This document shows positions 12,927 through 25,022 of a stretch of 64,000 bases of DNA, piece after piece. Below the pieces are notes generated by a model. That model was not told the origin of the DNA. It ran no database searches and worked only from the letters and a program-made list of their open reading frames with translations. The DNA is from Squalus acanthias (taxonomy: Eukaryota). The stretch spans positions 82,958,001 to 83,022,000 of the forward strand of contig CM059432.1 of the NCBI GenBank assembly GCA_030390025.1. Reading direction: 5' to 3'. Both the position numbers and the translations under genes were made by a program. Position 1 is the first letter of the stretch; every line of letters begins with the position of its first letter.

Positions 12927-15160
12927 AACTTACTGAAGTCTATATGTGACAGCAATGTGTACGTCAATGACTGGTCCCGCCTACTCTGGCAAAAAGGTCA
13001 GGCAAGCACATCGCCATCTTTCAAACATCCCATCTCTCTTTCAAAGTTTTTGCTTGAGACGATGTGTTTGCCTGACTAAGTTTTTGCCTTTTATCTTCTC
13101 AAGCTCCACAGGTGATTTTTTTTCCCCCACCAAAATCTCCCCATTTAACTTTTGCCTTCCCATTAATTTAAACTGTCATTGCCCTCTCTCCTCACTTCTT
13201 TGCCCTCCAGCCTCACTAAAGAAAGTACTCCACCCACATCTGCTGGACCTCATCATCTGTGGCTTTGCCACCTCTAAGATTTTGATTAGACAGTCTCTAA
13301 TCACCAACCTGTTTCCCTCAATATCCTAATTACTCTGCCCACCTTCACTATCCTCACCCTCATCCCTGGAAATAATTCTTCTCCTTTCCCACCTTTCTTA
13401 GAAAAACGCCTTCCAACTCCCCTCTCCCAGCCCTCCGCAACACTACTGCAACTGTTCCAGCAATTTAACAACTTCATTGATACTGTTATTGACATCCAAG
13501 TCATCCATGGTGTCTCATCCCCTTACATGTACCTCACCTCAGCACCCTAATGTCTAAAGGCAGTAAACCAAGTGCATAACTGGCCTGAGCATCCATCACC
13601 AAATCTCACTATATCAGTTATATCACATCTCCCTCTTCACTGTCAAATCCTCCTAGAATGCCAGGATCAACAGCCATTTACACTCCTCAATGACCAACAG
13701 TCTCCTCAGACTTTCTACCTCTCTATCCTCATTACATGGCAACGTAAAGCTAAAGACAGCCTCTTGCTCAACCTTTCCCATACCGCAGCCCCATATTCTT
13801 CTGTAACTTCTCCCCATACCCAGACTTTTCTCACTCAATGTGACCCAACTCCTGTTCCCTTTTTCCCCATTCCCGCCCAAATCCTGACCACTCAACTACA
13901 TCACCATGTCCCATTGCTTGCCAACACTGTAAACAGCTTTAGAACAGGGACCGTCCCCCTCTCCTTTAAAACCATCATCCCTCCTCTACAAAACCATCCT
14001 TGAAATCTCTGTCCTTTCCAACTACCATCACATATCTAATTTCGCTTTCCTCTCCAAGGTCCTTGACCAGTTGTTACCACTCAGCTCCATGCTCACGTCT
14101 CACAAAGCTGCCAATTCAAATCCCTTCTGCTCTGTCTACACCAAGACTGTCCTATTCAAAGTCACAAATAATCTTCTTGCAATCTCTACGTTATCCTTCC
14201 TCATCTTTCCCACCTATGAGGCATTCAGCCATTCCATCTTCCTGTGATCTATTTTAGAGGTGCTGCCCTGATTGGTTCCAACTTCACATCTCTTCCAATG
14301 ACTTCTCCTCCTGCCTCCAACATGATCACCTCCGGCATATTACACAGTACCATCTTTGGCCCCATCCTTTTCTTCATGTATATTCATACACACTGCCCCT
14401 CAGACAAAATCTGTAGGCACAAGATTAGCTTCCATAACACCAACCTGCTTTATCACTCTACCACCTTGTTAGATTCCACAACCACTTGTTTTGTCAGACT
14501 GTCTGACATCAAGTCATTGATTAGCCTGAACTTGCTTCAACTGACTATTTGGAAAACCAAATCCATCTAATTTGTTTCCTGCCAAAAGCTTGGCATCCTT
14601 TTCTTCCCTTCCCAGCTGCTCACTCAGGTAGACAGTGCTCACCTTGGTGCCCTAATAAACACTGAACCTAACTTTGAACACACTTTGAACACCATTCGCA
14701 CTGCTGTTGAAACCCTTATCCACAATTCTGTCAGCTCAAGACTTGACTTCTCTAATGCTCTTCTCGCTGGGGCCTCCCAAGCTTCCTCCTATAAAAACTC
14801 CAAATTGTTCAAAATTCTAGTCGCCTCCATCCTGTCCACATTAAGTCATGCTTGCTCATCACTTCGCTGATCTCCATTGGTTCCGTCTCCAAAAAAAAAC
14901 ATCCCTCCATGCGTAACTCCGCAACCTCCTTCAGCCACAGACTATGCCGTATGGTCTTGTGACTCTGGCCTCCCAGTATTCCGCAATCAGCGGCAGATCT
15001 TTTAGCTGTTTTAGCACTACCTTCCCTAAACCTCTTCATCGTGCTATTTTTTTCACCATCTTTAAAAGACCCCTAAATATCTTCAAACATGCATTCTCTC
15101 CTAATTCTACTGTTGCTCTCCTATGTGAAGCAACCTGGGAAGTTGCTACACAAATGCAAA
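12927..15160 (+). mobile_element. Old degenerate L2 LINE, remainder
   Basis: Decayed GTVPLSFKTII, SGILHSTIFGPILF, LQLTIWKTK, ETLIHNSVSSRLDFSNALLAG and tail tgtgaagcaacctggga. Confidence 0.7.
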
Positions 15161-15329
15161 TAACTGCTGATTACGAAGGACATCAAGTTCTATTCGTGGC
15201 AGGTCTGTCTGATCCTCCACTTTCTGGACACCAAGACGACCTTGAATTCTGATGGGAATTCCCCAACAACCCCTCCATCCCCCGCCACCAAAATCACCCA
15301 AGGTAAGTGCCTATGAATTTACCCTCATC

Positions 15330-17000
15330 TTATCTTCAACCTCTTAATCCAAATTCATCTTTCCATCTCCTTGAAAATTTGCTGCTATCCTATCCCTAAA
15401 CAAGTGATTCCCCATGCCCTTCAAACTGCATTATGGAAAATGCTGTTAACTTTGAATTGAGCAACACTTTTAAAATTCTGTGCTGCTCCATGATTTTTGG
15501 CACATCTTTTCCACTAGTGTACTCATTACCTATATTAAGAACCTCAAAATCTGCTTGTGGACTGTTTAATGAATCATCTGCTACTGTCGTGGACATCTCA
15601 AGGGCCTTCGAGAAGAGCTGTTCCTTCTTCACACAAGAAAATAAATCAAGAATGAGAAAAGCCATATGTCCAATCAAACTCATCCTTCTAGTATTTCAAC
15701 TCATCCAGCCTAGCATACAGCTACATTTTTAACTTCTGTAATGTCTTCAATTTCTCCATCCTACATGGTAGATCAATCCAGATGTTTAATACATTGTGAG
15801 TAAAAAAAGTACTAAGGCGTATCCTCTTGTTCTACTGGTCTGAATAATTGTGAAGTAATATTCTGAATTCACTTCATCTTTGCTAGTCAATACTTTATAT
15901 AATTAATGGGGCCACCCTTCAACCATCTTTCTAGGTTGAAGGGCTTTCGTGTTTGTAATCTTTCCTCATAATCCATCTATTACATTTAGTATTATCCTTA
16001 CACTTGGGATTATTCTTGTTGCTCATTTCTGCACCTTTTCAATTCTTGTGTGTTACTTTTGAAGTGTGGTGACCAAAATTTCACAGATCTCCTCCGTTCA
16101 TCATATAACTTGCTTGTTGATGATTCTACTCTACATCCATCAACTTTCTTCACACAACCTGCAACCTTATTGGCACTCGACTGAATTAGTACTTTGGGAT
16201 CTCTCATGCCCTTCAATTGATCAATGAAAATCTAATTTTATTAAAACTCTTCAAAGTCACAATTTCTCCATGTATCTCAAGCCTAAAAGCCACCTCGCAA
16301 TTTGATGGCCACATGCCCTCCTCCCTTAGTCCTTCATCAACTACTGAAATTCTTTGTCAATCTCCTCTGACCTCAAGTGAAATGACCACAATTCCTCCAT
16401 CACTAAAGCTGCTTATGACAAGCTCAGTTTCTTCTTTCCAACAAACACTTTCTCTCAACAACTCTTCACTCTTTGAAGCCAAGTCCATCCAAGACTTGAA
16501 AGTTGCTTATATATCCAGGGAGACATTTCAACATATCTCTTAAACCCTGGACAGAGATACAAGAAAAAGACTGTCATTTGCTAGGCAATCATTTCCTTAT
16601 ATCTATCCTTCAACTTTTTTTTCAGCTCCCCCACCCATCCCATTGCAAGCTTTGTCATTTTTCTATTTTATATCAACATGAATATGATTGGTGCTCCTCT
16701 GAACATCCTTGGCTTGTTCCCTCTAAGCTCCAAATACACCATCTTACAAACTCCTTCTTCCTATATCCTCACAATGTTGAAGTCAAAGTTCATCCATTGC
16801 CAATACCTCGAAACTGTGGAACCCCTCGCCTCCCTCAGTCTCATTTCTTCTGCAATGTTCAGGCCTTTAAAAAGCTTGGTGTCATCTATCTACTTACTGC
16901 CAATTTACCTGATCTTCTCTTACTTTTTCCAACTTGGGAACCTGTGGTCTGGGCCTTGATTTCTCAAAAAAAAAGATGGATGGTTCATTCCGATGCAAGG
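15330..17000 (-). mobile_element. Highly degenerate CR1 LINE fragments
   Basis: Minus-strand remnants VKFWSPHFK..ELKRCR (16010-16216) and decayed RT segments near 16800-16960. Confidence 0.5.
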
Positions 17001-17115
17001 TAATTGAAATTTCTCCTGCGAACACTTACCAGAGTTCTCACCTCGAGAACTAATTTCAAACTCAGAGTGGTGATCACTATAAACTGTGTTTGCATTTTAG
17101 TTTAAAAGATATGAC

Positions 17116-17847
17116 GGTGCAGAAATTCCGATCCCTACGGGTGTGTACGCGCTGTGTGCTCACCCGTAGGGACATCGGAAATGCCAGTTTCAGGCATGCA
17201 CTGGAAACCGGCATTTCCGATCTGTCAAGAAAGCTCTTGACAGATCCTCCGCCTGCCCGGGAGAAGGGCCTCTGCGGGAAGAGAGTTCCGCTTTTTGGAG
17301 ACCCTCCGCCCGCAGAAAACACTTACAATTCTTGCACCTGGTAAAAGCAGGTGTAAGGCCTGCTTTTACCAGGATAAGAGTTGAAAAAAGTTTTTTTTTA
17401 AATTTCCACTGATTTATTATTTAAAAATACTTTAAAGAAAGGTAAGTTTATTTTTAGCCCCGTTAAAAACTAATTTTTTTCAAAAAATAAAATTGTTTAA
17501 AATACTTAATTTATTGTAATTTAAAGTAATTTTAAAAATGTGATTTAAAAAAAAAATTTATTTAAAGTTTTACTATGTTTTGGGGGTGATCTCTTCATAT
17601 ATTTGACAGGTCTTCCTGTCAAATGTATGAAGGGAGATTCCCTTCTGATTGGCTCCCCATGGCCCACGTGATCCCAGGGACGCTGCGAACCGCCTGCGCC
17701 TCGGATACGTGGGCCCTGCACACCGGCAGTTTGGAAAGGCCCAGCAGCGGAACTCTGTGCCTTCCGGGAGCCCTCCGGTCTTGGCGCAGATTTTTCCAGA
17801 TCGCAGCCCTCCGCCCGCGGGAGCCCTGCGATCGGAATATCTGGGCC
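17116..17847. mobile_element. Hairpin-rich MITE, copy A (PIF/Harbinger-like termini)
   Basis: Imperfect TIRs ggtgcagaaattccg / cggaatatctgggcc, 3-bp TSD gac/gac, AT-rich core and multiple internal inverted repeats. Homologous to 20275 and 49823 in the opposite orientation. Confidence 0.8.
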
Positions 17848-18687
17848 GACATTGTTTAATTTTGTCTTTCGTTGTAGTAAAATACCAATTTCAATATGGT
17901 TTCCAGGAATGTTGCTTGTAATGCACAAGATGATTACAAAAGTGTATAACTGGAATAAGTAGCAATAAATTAAAAAAAAAAGTAAAATAAAGGTATATCT
18001 TCTGTATCGTGTACACAATTTCTCTTTTTAGTCAATACGGATTAACTTCTTGCATAAAGTGAAATCCCACCTGCTGATGGGGTGACGGAGAAATGGCGAC
18101 TTCCACTGCTGCAGCCTGAAGTAAGTTATATAGTTCGATTAGGTTACAATTAAAGCCTATGAATCTTTTAAGGGTCCGCTAGAACGTGATGCCGAGTGAC
18201 TCCACTCAAGTGGAATGAGTTATAGGTCTCATACTTGTGAAAAGACTACTACAACTAACTAGTGATGTATTTTTTTTTTTTAATATTAGGATATATTAAT
18301 GGCAACAACCCAAGCCATCACTGAATAAAGCAACTCCACACCCTCCCTCAGCCAAGACAGATAAATGAACGGCAGCCCTAAACACATGAACTTTAAAGCT
18401 TTCATCTATACTGCTGGGATTGTTTTGCCTAGCTCACACCTGTATGCACTTTCTCCATCTCTAATTATTTCAAAGTCATAATAACCAGCCCCAGAAATCA
18501 AATACACAGGTAAGTTGATCAAGACCAGTGAGTATGTCCATTAGGAACAAGACATCAGATATTGGGAACTGCAACCATTATGTTTTGGCCATCATAAATT
18601 GATTAGGAAGGTTGACCACAACACATCATCTGTATCTTACATTAATCATTTTAAAACTAGGTTCATTGTATGCAATAAGCAACTTAC

Positions 18688-18860
18688 CCTGCTCTTTTAT
18701 ATGACGGATTCGTTTCACAGTTTCTTTTAAGATTGCACATTTGTCTGGTTTTACGTTGAAGTTGTCAATGTCATTAAAATTAGCAAATATCAGCTCAGCA
18801 AGTTCTTCAATATATTTATTCTCTTGCTCACGATGACGTTTCTCAGTGCTACGTTTAGGG
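18688..18860 (-). CDS. NCOA2: NCOA2 bHLH-domain exon (173 nt)
   Basis: tttcaacag|CCCTAAACGT...GAGCAGG|gtaag. Encodes (S)[57 protein letters not shown], the p160 coactivator b[15 protein letters not shown] is NCOA2-type. Splices in frame to the phase-2 end of the 22693 exon (AG+C = Ser). Confidence 0.96.
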
Positions 18861-19264
18861 CTGTTGAAACACAAAAGCAGCAATGTTAAGTGCTAGGAAT
18901 ACATTTGGCATTTTTGCTCTCGGTTTATTTTATATGCAAGCAGTTAAACTGCTGGTCTTAGTGCAATTCCATCCAAAAATACAAGATTTAATGAAAGGGA
19001 TAGCTACATATTGTTCTCAGAGCAGACTAATATTTTACCCGATTTAAAGTAGCAAATAGGAATAAACTATTCCTATTTATTTGGTTTTCCAACATTAATG
19101 ATGTGATTTTCAGAACAGCAAAATAGTCAGAAACGGTTCTCCGAACGTCTGAAGCAGCAAACATTGCTTCAAATTTCCTTTCTCTGTGGCACAAGCAAAT
19201 CCAGCATTGGCCAAGAAAAATAAATCTTTTCTTTGGTCACCAAACTATTATAGGAAAGTGTAGT

Positions 19265-19870
19265 CAATTAGATCATGGCTGATACGTACCTCAACTCCAT
19301 TTACCCACCATTGATCCATATCCCTTGATGCCCTTACCCAATAAAAAGTTGTCGATCGCAGTCTTGAAAATTTCAACTGACTCAACAGCCACAGCCTTTC
19401 TTGGGAGAGAATTCCACATTTCCACTACACTGTGTGGAAAAAATGTTCCCGATTTCATTCCTGAATGGTCTAGCTTGAATTTTAAGATTGTACCCTATTG
19501 TTGTGGATTCCCCCACCAGAGGAAATAACTTCTCTGTATCGACTCTATTGAATCATTCTAACATTTTAACCACCTCAATTAGATCATCCTTCAACCTTCG
19601 AAACTCAAGGGAATACAACCCACCCACATTTATGCAGCCTGTCATAATTTAACCCTTTAAGCTCCATTATCATTCTGATGAATCTGCACTGCCCCCGATC
19701 AAAGGCCAATATATCCTTCCTGAAGTGCGGTACACAGAACTGAACACAATACTGCAGATCGAGTCTGACCAAGGCGCTGTACAACTGAAGCATAACTTCA
19801 TTCCCTTTGTATTCCAGCCCCATTGAGAAAAGGCCAACAATCCATTAGCCTTTTTGATTACCTTTGATAC
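19265..19870 (-). mobile_element. CR1 LINE 3' fragment
   Basis: ORF 19605-19823 LYSALVRLDLQYCVQFCVPHFRKDI. Confidence 0.8.
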
Positions 19871-19884
19871 ATGTGCATTTGCTG

Positions 19885-20203
19885 TAAACGGGTGTACACC
19901 TCTTCTAGACCTATCTTTTATTTATTAACTTGTCCCATTACCATCTCCTTTTGCTTTGTACCATCATACCTTTTGTCATTTAATCTCTCCTGCCTTCCAT
20001 CCTATCACAGACCTTCCCTTTTGTTCTTTCCTCCTTCCACGCCACCCACCCTTTCCCGGCCTCTGCACTTGCTTAAAACCTGATACATCTCTAACTTTTT
20101 CCAGTTCGGACGAAAGGTCATCGACCTGAAACATTAACTCGGTTTCTCTCTCCACAGATGTTGCCCGACCTGCTGAGCATTTCAAGCATTTTCTGTTTTT
20201 ATA
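19885..20203 (+). mobile_element. PLE family 2 pLTR-like element with degenerate hammerhead motif (20103-20139)
   Basis: AGTT-CGGACGA-A-AGGTC-ATC-GACCT-GAAA-CA-TT-AACT followed by tctctctccacagatg...gacctgctgag; same family as 35760 and 46632. Confidence 0.7.
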
Positions 20204-20274
20204 TCCTTTATCCTTGTGCTTCTAACCCATTTGTTTTATTTCTTATGCTACGTGCATTCATGCACATAACTAAT

Positions 20275-21005
20275 GGCCCTGAATTTCCGATCGGAGACTT
20301 CCTGCGGGCGACTGCCTCCGATTGGAAAAAATCTACGCACTTACCTGCTGGCTCTGTAGGTCCCGAGACTTCCGATCCTGGGCCTCTCCACTACGAAATG
20401 CGCAGAGGCCCAGGTATCCCAGGGGCGCAGGTGGTTCGCAAGCGCCTTGGGATCACGTGGGCCATGGGGAACCAAAGAAGGGAATCCCCCTTCACACTTT
20501 TGACAGGTCTCTACACACAGATCTGTCAAAAGTATCAATGGGGATCACATTTAAAAACAGTTAAACGTTAAATAGATGTTTTTTTAAAACCATCACGTAT
20601 TTAAAATTACATTAAAAAATATTTAAAACAAAAAATTGAAAAAAATAAAGTTTTTTTTTTTACAGGGCTAAAAATAAACTTACCTTTTTTTTTTAAGTAT
20701 TTTTAAATTATGAGTGAAAATCTTTTTATTTTTTTTTAAACTCTTATGCTGGTAAAAGCAGGCCTTACGCTTGCTTTTACCAGACGTAAGATTTTTAAAG
20801 GTTTTCAGCGGGCGGAAGTTATGCTGAAAGCGGAACTCTCTGCCCGCGGAGGCCCATCCCCCGGGCAGGTGGATGATCTGTCAAGTGGATTCTTGACAGA
20901 TCACAAGTGCTGGTTTTTAGCGCATGCCCTTTGCTTGCCTGAAACTGGTACTTGCGAGGCCCCTATGGGTGCGTACACACCCATGGGGGTCGGAAAATCC
21001 GGCTC
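20275..21005. mobile_element. Hairpin-rich MITE, copy B (inverted relative to A)
   Basis: TIRs ggccctgaatttccg / cggaaaatccggctc, TSD aat/att (one mismatch); same hairpins as A in reversed order. Confidence 0.8.
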
Positions 21006-21254
21006 ATTATCTCGGTAACTCTCCCCACCCTGTCCATTTGCCCCGATGGTGTATTTCTCTCACGTTTTGAGCGATCATACTTTTGGTTGCTGATGTATAG
21101 CAATGTGCAGAGCAAGCAATGTAATATGTTTTAATTTTTCATCACCCCTGCTTTATTTATGCAGCCATTTTACCCATTCTTCCTGGTTAAGTGCCGCCAT
21201 CGAAGGGCTTTTACAATTTAGAAAAAAGGGCATCTCAATTGCATAGCATGTTAA

Positions 21255-21500
21255 GTAAATGAGCCATTCATAACAGGAAGGTCTCAGGCTACTAAGTTAG
21301 TCGATTTCAGCAAGGGCTATATTTGGCTTCAGTCTACTTGGGGTCCGGAGGAGGTGGTAGTGGAGGAGTTACAAGGAAAAGAGAAAAGAAAATTAAACTG
21401 GGGTACCTGCGCCTGATTAGAATCCAGTGACCCTTGCTAGAAAAAAGTGTATATGTCGACATTGGGCAAGGACAGAATTAGACTGCAGGGTGTAAACAGG
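21255..21500 (+). mobile_element. Ancient SINE-like repeat fragment
   Basis: Shares agttag..gat.tcag and cctg..cctgat...atccagtgacc motifs with decayed fragments near 31310, 43600 (-), 58975 and 60950. Confidence 0.4.
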
Positions 21501-21599
21501 ATGAAGAAAAAAAGGTCAACTGGGGTGCCATCATGCATCTAAGATCCAGTTCCAGACCTTGGATCAGATCATATTCTCATTTTAAGGAGGCTTCAAGGG

Positions 21600-22447
21600 G
21601 AAGTGAGTGAGCAAGAACATGGCAAATGGAATATAATGTGGAGAAATGTGAAGTTATCCACTTTGGTAGGAAAAATAGAAAAGCAAAGTATTTTTTTAAA
21701 TGGTGAGAGATTGGGAAATGTTGGTGTTCAGAGGGACCTGGGTGTCCTTGTACACGAATCACTGAAAGTTAACATGCAGGTACAGCAAGCAATTCGGAAA
21801 GAAAATGCTATGTTGGCCTTTATTACAAGAGGATTTAAGTTTAAGAGTAAAGACGTCTTACTGCAATTATATAGGGCCCTGGTAAGACCACACCTGGAGT
21901 ATTGTATACAGTTTTGGTCTCCTTACCTAAGGAAGGATATACTTGCCATAGAGGGAGTGCAACAAAGGTTCACCAGACTGGTTCCTGGGATGGGGAGATT
22001 GTCCTATGAGGAAAGATGGAGTAGACTAGGCCTATATTCTCTAGAATTTAGAAGAATGAGAGGCTCTCATATGAAACATACAAAATTCTAACAGGGCTTG
22101 ACAGGGTAGATGCAGGGAGGATGTTTCCCTTGGCTGGGGAGTCTATAACCAGGTGTCACAGTCTCAGAATATGGGGTCACCCATTTAGGACTGAGAGGAG
22201 GAGAAATTTCTTCACTCAGAGGGTGGTGAATCTTTGGAATTCTCTACCCAAGGGCTGTGAAGGCTCAGTTGTTGAGTATATTCAAGACAGAGATCGATAG
22301 ATTTTTGAATATTAAGGGAATCAAGGGATATGGGGATAGTGCAGGAAAGTGGAGTTGAGGTAGAAGATCAGCCATGATCTTATTGAATGGCGGAGCAGAC
22401 TCAAAGGGCCAAATGGCCTACTCCTGCTCCGATTTCTTATGTTCTTT
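21600..22447 (+). mobile_element. 5'-truncated CR1 LINE
   Basis: ORF 21603-22091 (QRDLGVLV...RPHLEYCIQFWSPYLRKD) and 3' end ctcctgctccgatttcttatgttct. Confidence 0.9.
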
Positions 22448-22692
22448 TAGCTGCATACTGAATGGGGACTGAAAAGTGAAAAAATGATAGAAGAGAAAAA
22501 CAAAAAAGTTTCAGTGAAGTGAACATAACAGAAAACTACATGTTTACCAAATTATTACAAATGTAGCTTAAGAAAAGGAGCTATAAAAGATGAACTTGAT
22601 ATATTAATGTGACGTACCACCACCTTTTTAAAAAAAAGTAAAACATCGAACATACTCCAGAATTAATTAATTCCCTTAAATATGTATCTTAC

Positions 22693-22781
22693 CTCGGTCG
22701 TGGATGGTCACATGGCGATTCCTTACGTTTTCTCGAGTCTAATCTGGCAGGGTCAGAGGAATTTTCACCCATTCCACTCAT
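22693..22781 (-). CDS. NCOA2: Nuclear receptor coactivator 2, first coding exon (exon spans 22693-22800 including 19 nt of 5'UTR)
   Basis: Minus strand reads ...ttcaccag|CTGTTTATATGTCGGCAAG ATG AGT GGA ATG GGT GAA AAT...CGA CCG AG|gtaag = MSGMGENSSDPARLDSRKRKESPCDHPRP(S). This closely resembles the NCOA2 N-terminus as I recall it ([21 protein letters not shown]), including the RKRK NLS. Canonical AG/GT sites; 89 coding nt, ending phase 2. Confidence 0.93.
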
Positions 22782-22792
22782 CTTGCCGACAT
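22778..22792 (-). promoter_or_regulatory. 4-codon uORF (MSAR*) whose stop overlaps the NCOA2 start codon
   Basis: Minus strand ATG TCG GCA AGA TGA; the TGA shares TG with the main ATG (ATGA overlap). Lies within the exon. Confidence 0.6.
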
Positions 22793-24104
22793 ATAAACAG
22801 CTGGTGAAGTTAAGAGAGATGTTTCAATTAGCACTTTACAAAAAGCACTCAACTTTCTCAGTTAGAAGTATCTGATGCCTGGTAGTTTCTGTACAAGTTT
22901 TTATGATTACCTGCTTTGGCCTTAGTACTACTGCTAATTCAGATGGTAATGTAGACACGCTCTTAACCAAAGACAACTTCAATCATTCCAAGTATTGGAC
23001 AAAATATACATAAATTACGTATAGGGTCCCCATCCCCCGCCCCATGTCATTTAAGTACTGAAAACTTTGAACTGATTGTACTTCGAGAGCAAGAAACAAG
23101 CAGACTTGGATACTAAGTCACCGAAAAGAGCCAAAAAAACACCCAGCCTAGAATCAATCTCCAAGGAGAACATAAATCAAGGCCTGAAACAGCCCAGCTA
23201 ACGCAGAAAACCCAACAGTAAATGCACTGTTGCCAGTCATTATTCACATACAATTTCACTAATCACCTCTGCCCCAAGCAAAGATGGCCACATCTTGGTC
23301 AATATTTAGCTTTCAATATGAACACAGGATTGAAATAGTTCATTCCTTTATTACTGTTCAACAACCAATTTAAATCTTATTAAAATGGCTGTGATGCAAA
23401 AGTTTTTCCCCTTTCTAGATGAAGATTTCAAATTCCCTTGTGTCCAGTATGCCGAGAATGGATCCCCGAGAGCAATCTTCTTTGTGCTTTAAATTATTCA
23501 ACTTCTAAACTGTTCACTCATTTGAGGTTTCATATAGAAAAATTGAATATCAAATAAAGCCAGTATTAACAGTTAACCATCTTAAAACTGCAGGTTATTA
23601 TAAGCCAATATAGTTTAGCCAAAATTGCATTAATGTCATGCTATACTGCAGGCAACTAACTTTGCACTAAAACTTCATTGTGCTTTAACACTCATTATTA
23701 GCATAACTTTTCAAAGTAGAGAGTAAAATTACACTATGTAGAAATATGTACTTTGATATGCATGTTAATGCTGCAGGGAGGAAAAAAGCAGAGATTTACC
23801 ACATCACAAGACACAAAAAGTGAATTCTCTGCTTAACTGTACATCAATCCTGACCATGTTTCAATGGAAATTACCTTGGGTCAGGCAAAAAGCAATTGCT
23901 TTACAAGAAACATGGTCAAAAATAATGATCTAACTCAATGAGTAGAACAAAGTGATTTCAGGTAATTGATCAAAGTGATGTGATGACAGTTCTGATCACT
24001 GCACTGCATTCTCCATGTGACAGTTTGGACAGCAAGTGTTGGTAGGCTACTTGACCAAGGGAGGTTTCAAAGCGAAGCTCAACCACGTACTCACCTTCAC
24101 CCAA

Positions 24105-24380
24105 GTGTCAGCCATGGTTCGGTGGCAACGCTCTCGACCGAGCCAGAAGGTCTGTGTTCAAGTGACCCCCGCCCACCAAAGAATTCAGCAGTTGAGACTT
24201 AATCTCAGCCCACACTCCAGTGAAAGACTGAAGGACTGCTGCATTGTTGGAGGTGCCGACTTTCAGATGAGATGTTAAACCAAGGTTCCAACTGCACTCT
24301 CGGGATCATTAAAGATACGATGGTCGAAGAGCCAGAAGTTCTCCTGGTCAACATTTATCCTTCAAGCAACATCACTAACA
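24105..24380 (+). mobile_element. Degenerate Deu-SINE
   Basis: gtcagccatggttcggtggc head and gaggtgccgactttcagatgagatgttaaaccaagg Deu-like core. Confidence 0.6.
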
Positions 24381-25022
24381 CCCTAATGCTAGCCCAGCTG
24401 AGCAATCAGCTAATTCAACATGGATCAGTTGTGTAATCTTGAACCTTGGGGTCTGGATGGCCATGACATGATGCCTTTATAATGAAGGGTACAGGTTCCG
24501 GTGACCCTAAGGTATGTACCTGCCCATTGGTTTACTTCTGTTACTTAACCACAAATTCAACTGTGAAGATTAAAAGACAGTTATAGAAATTAGTCCACAG
24601 ATTTTGTCCACTACATTAATTAGGTCACTAGCCATACTAGCAGCTCGGGAAAGATGTCCAAGAAGAAGGATAACTTAAGCGTTTGCCAATATAAATCATG
24701 TCAGAAATGACTCATTCAATTAGCTATTTCACTTTAAAAGCTACAATTTTTTACCTTTAGATGAGTTTCCTGTGGTGGCAGTGTTGGAGTATTAATACAT
24801 TTACTTTACAAGTAGGTCATAACTCATTACTCAAGTCACCAATCTCAGCAAAAAAGACTTTCCAGGAGGAAGAAAAGTGTTAGTTGTGTGAGAAAGCTAA
24901 AGCTTGCATAATGGATGAGATAACACACTCAAGATAACGCAATAACATTTTCCTTTGTGGGTTATAGTTACACTAGCTGATGGGTTAGTACAGAATGAAA
25001 CAGTAGTAGATAAATAGGGAAA

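Noticed and set aside
17648..17668. ER stress element (ERSE or ERSE-II) in the MITE
   Set aside because: The arrangement is ATTGG-N11-CCACG, matching neither CCAAT-N9-CCACG nor ATTGG-N-CCACG.
1..18687. Next NCOA2 exon (expected ..DEVQKSDVSSTGQ..)
   Set aside because: Not seen in the ORF track or by reading the unique segments; probably beyond the window start, though I could have missed a short exon.
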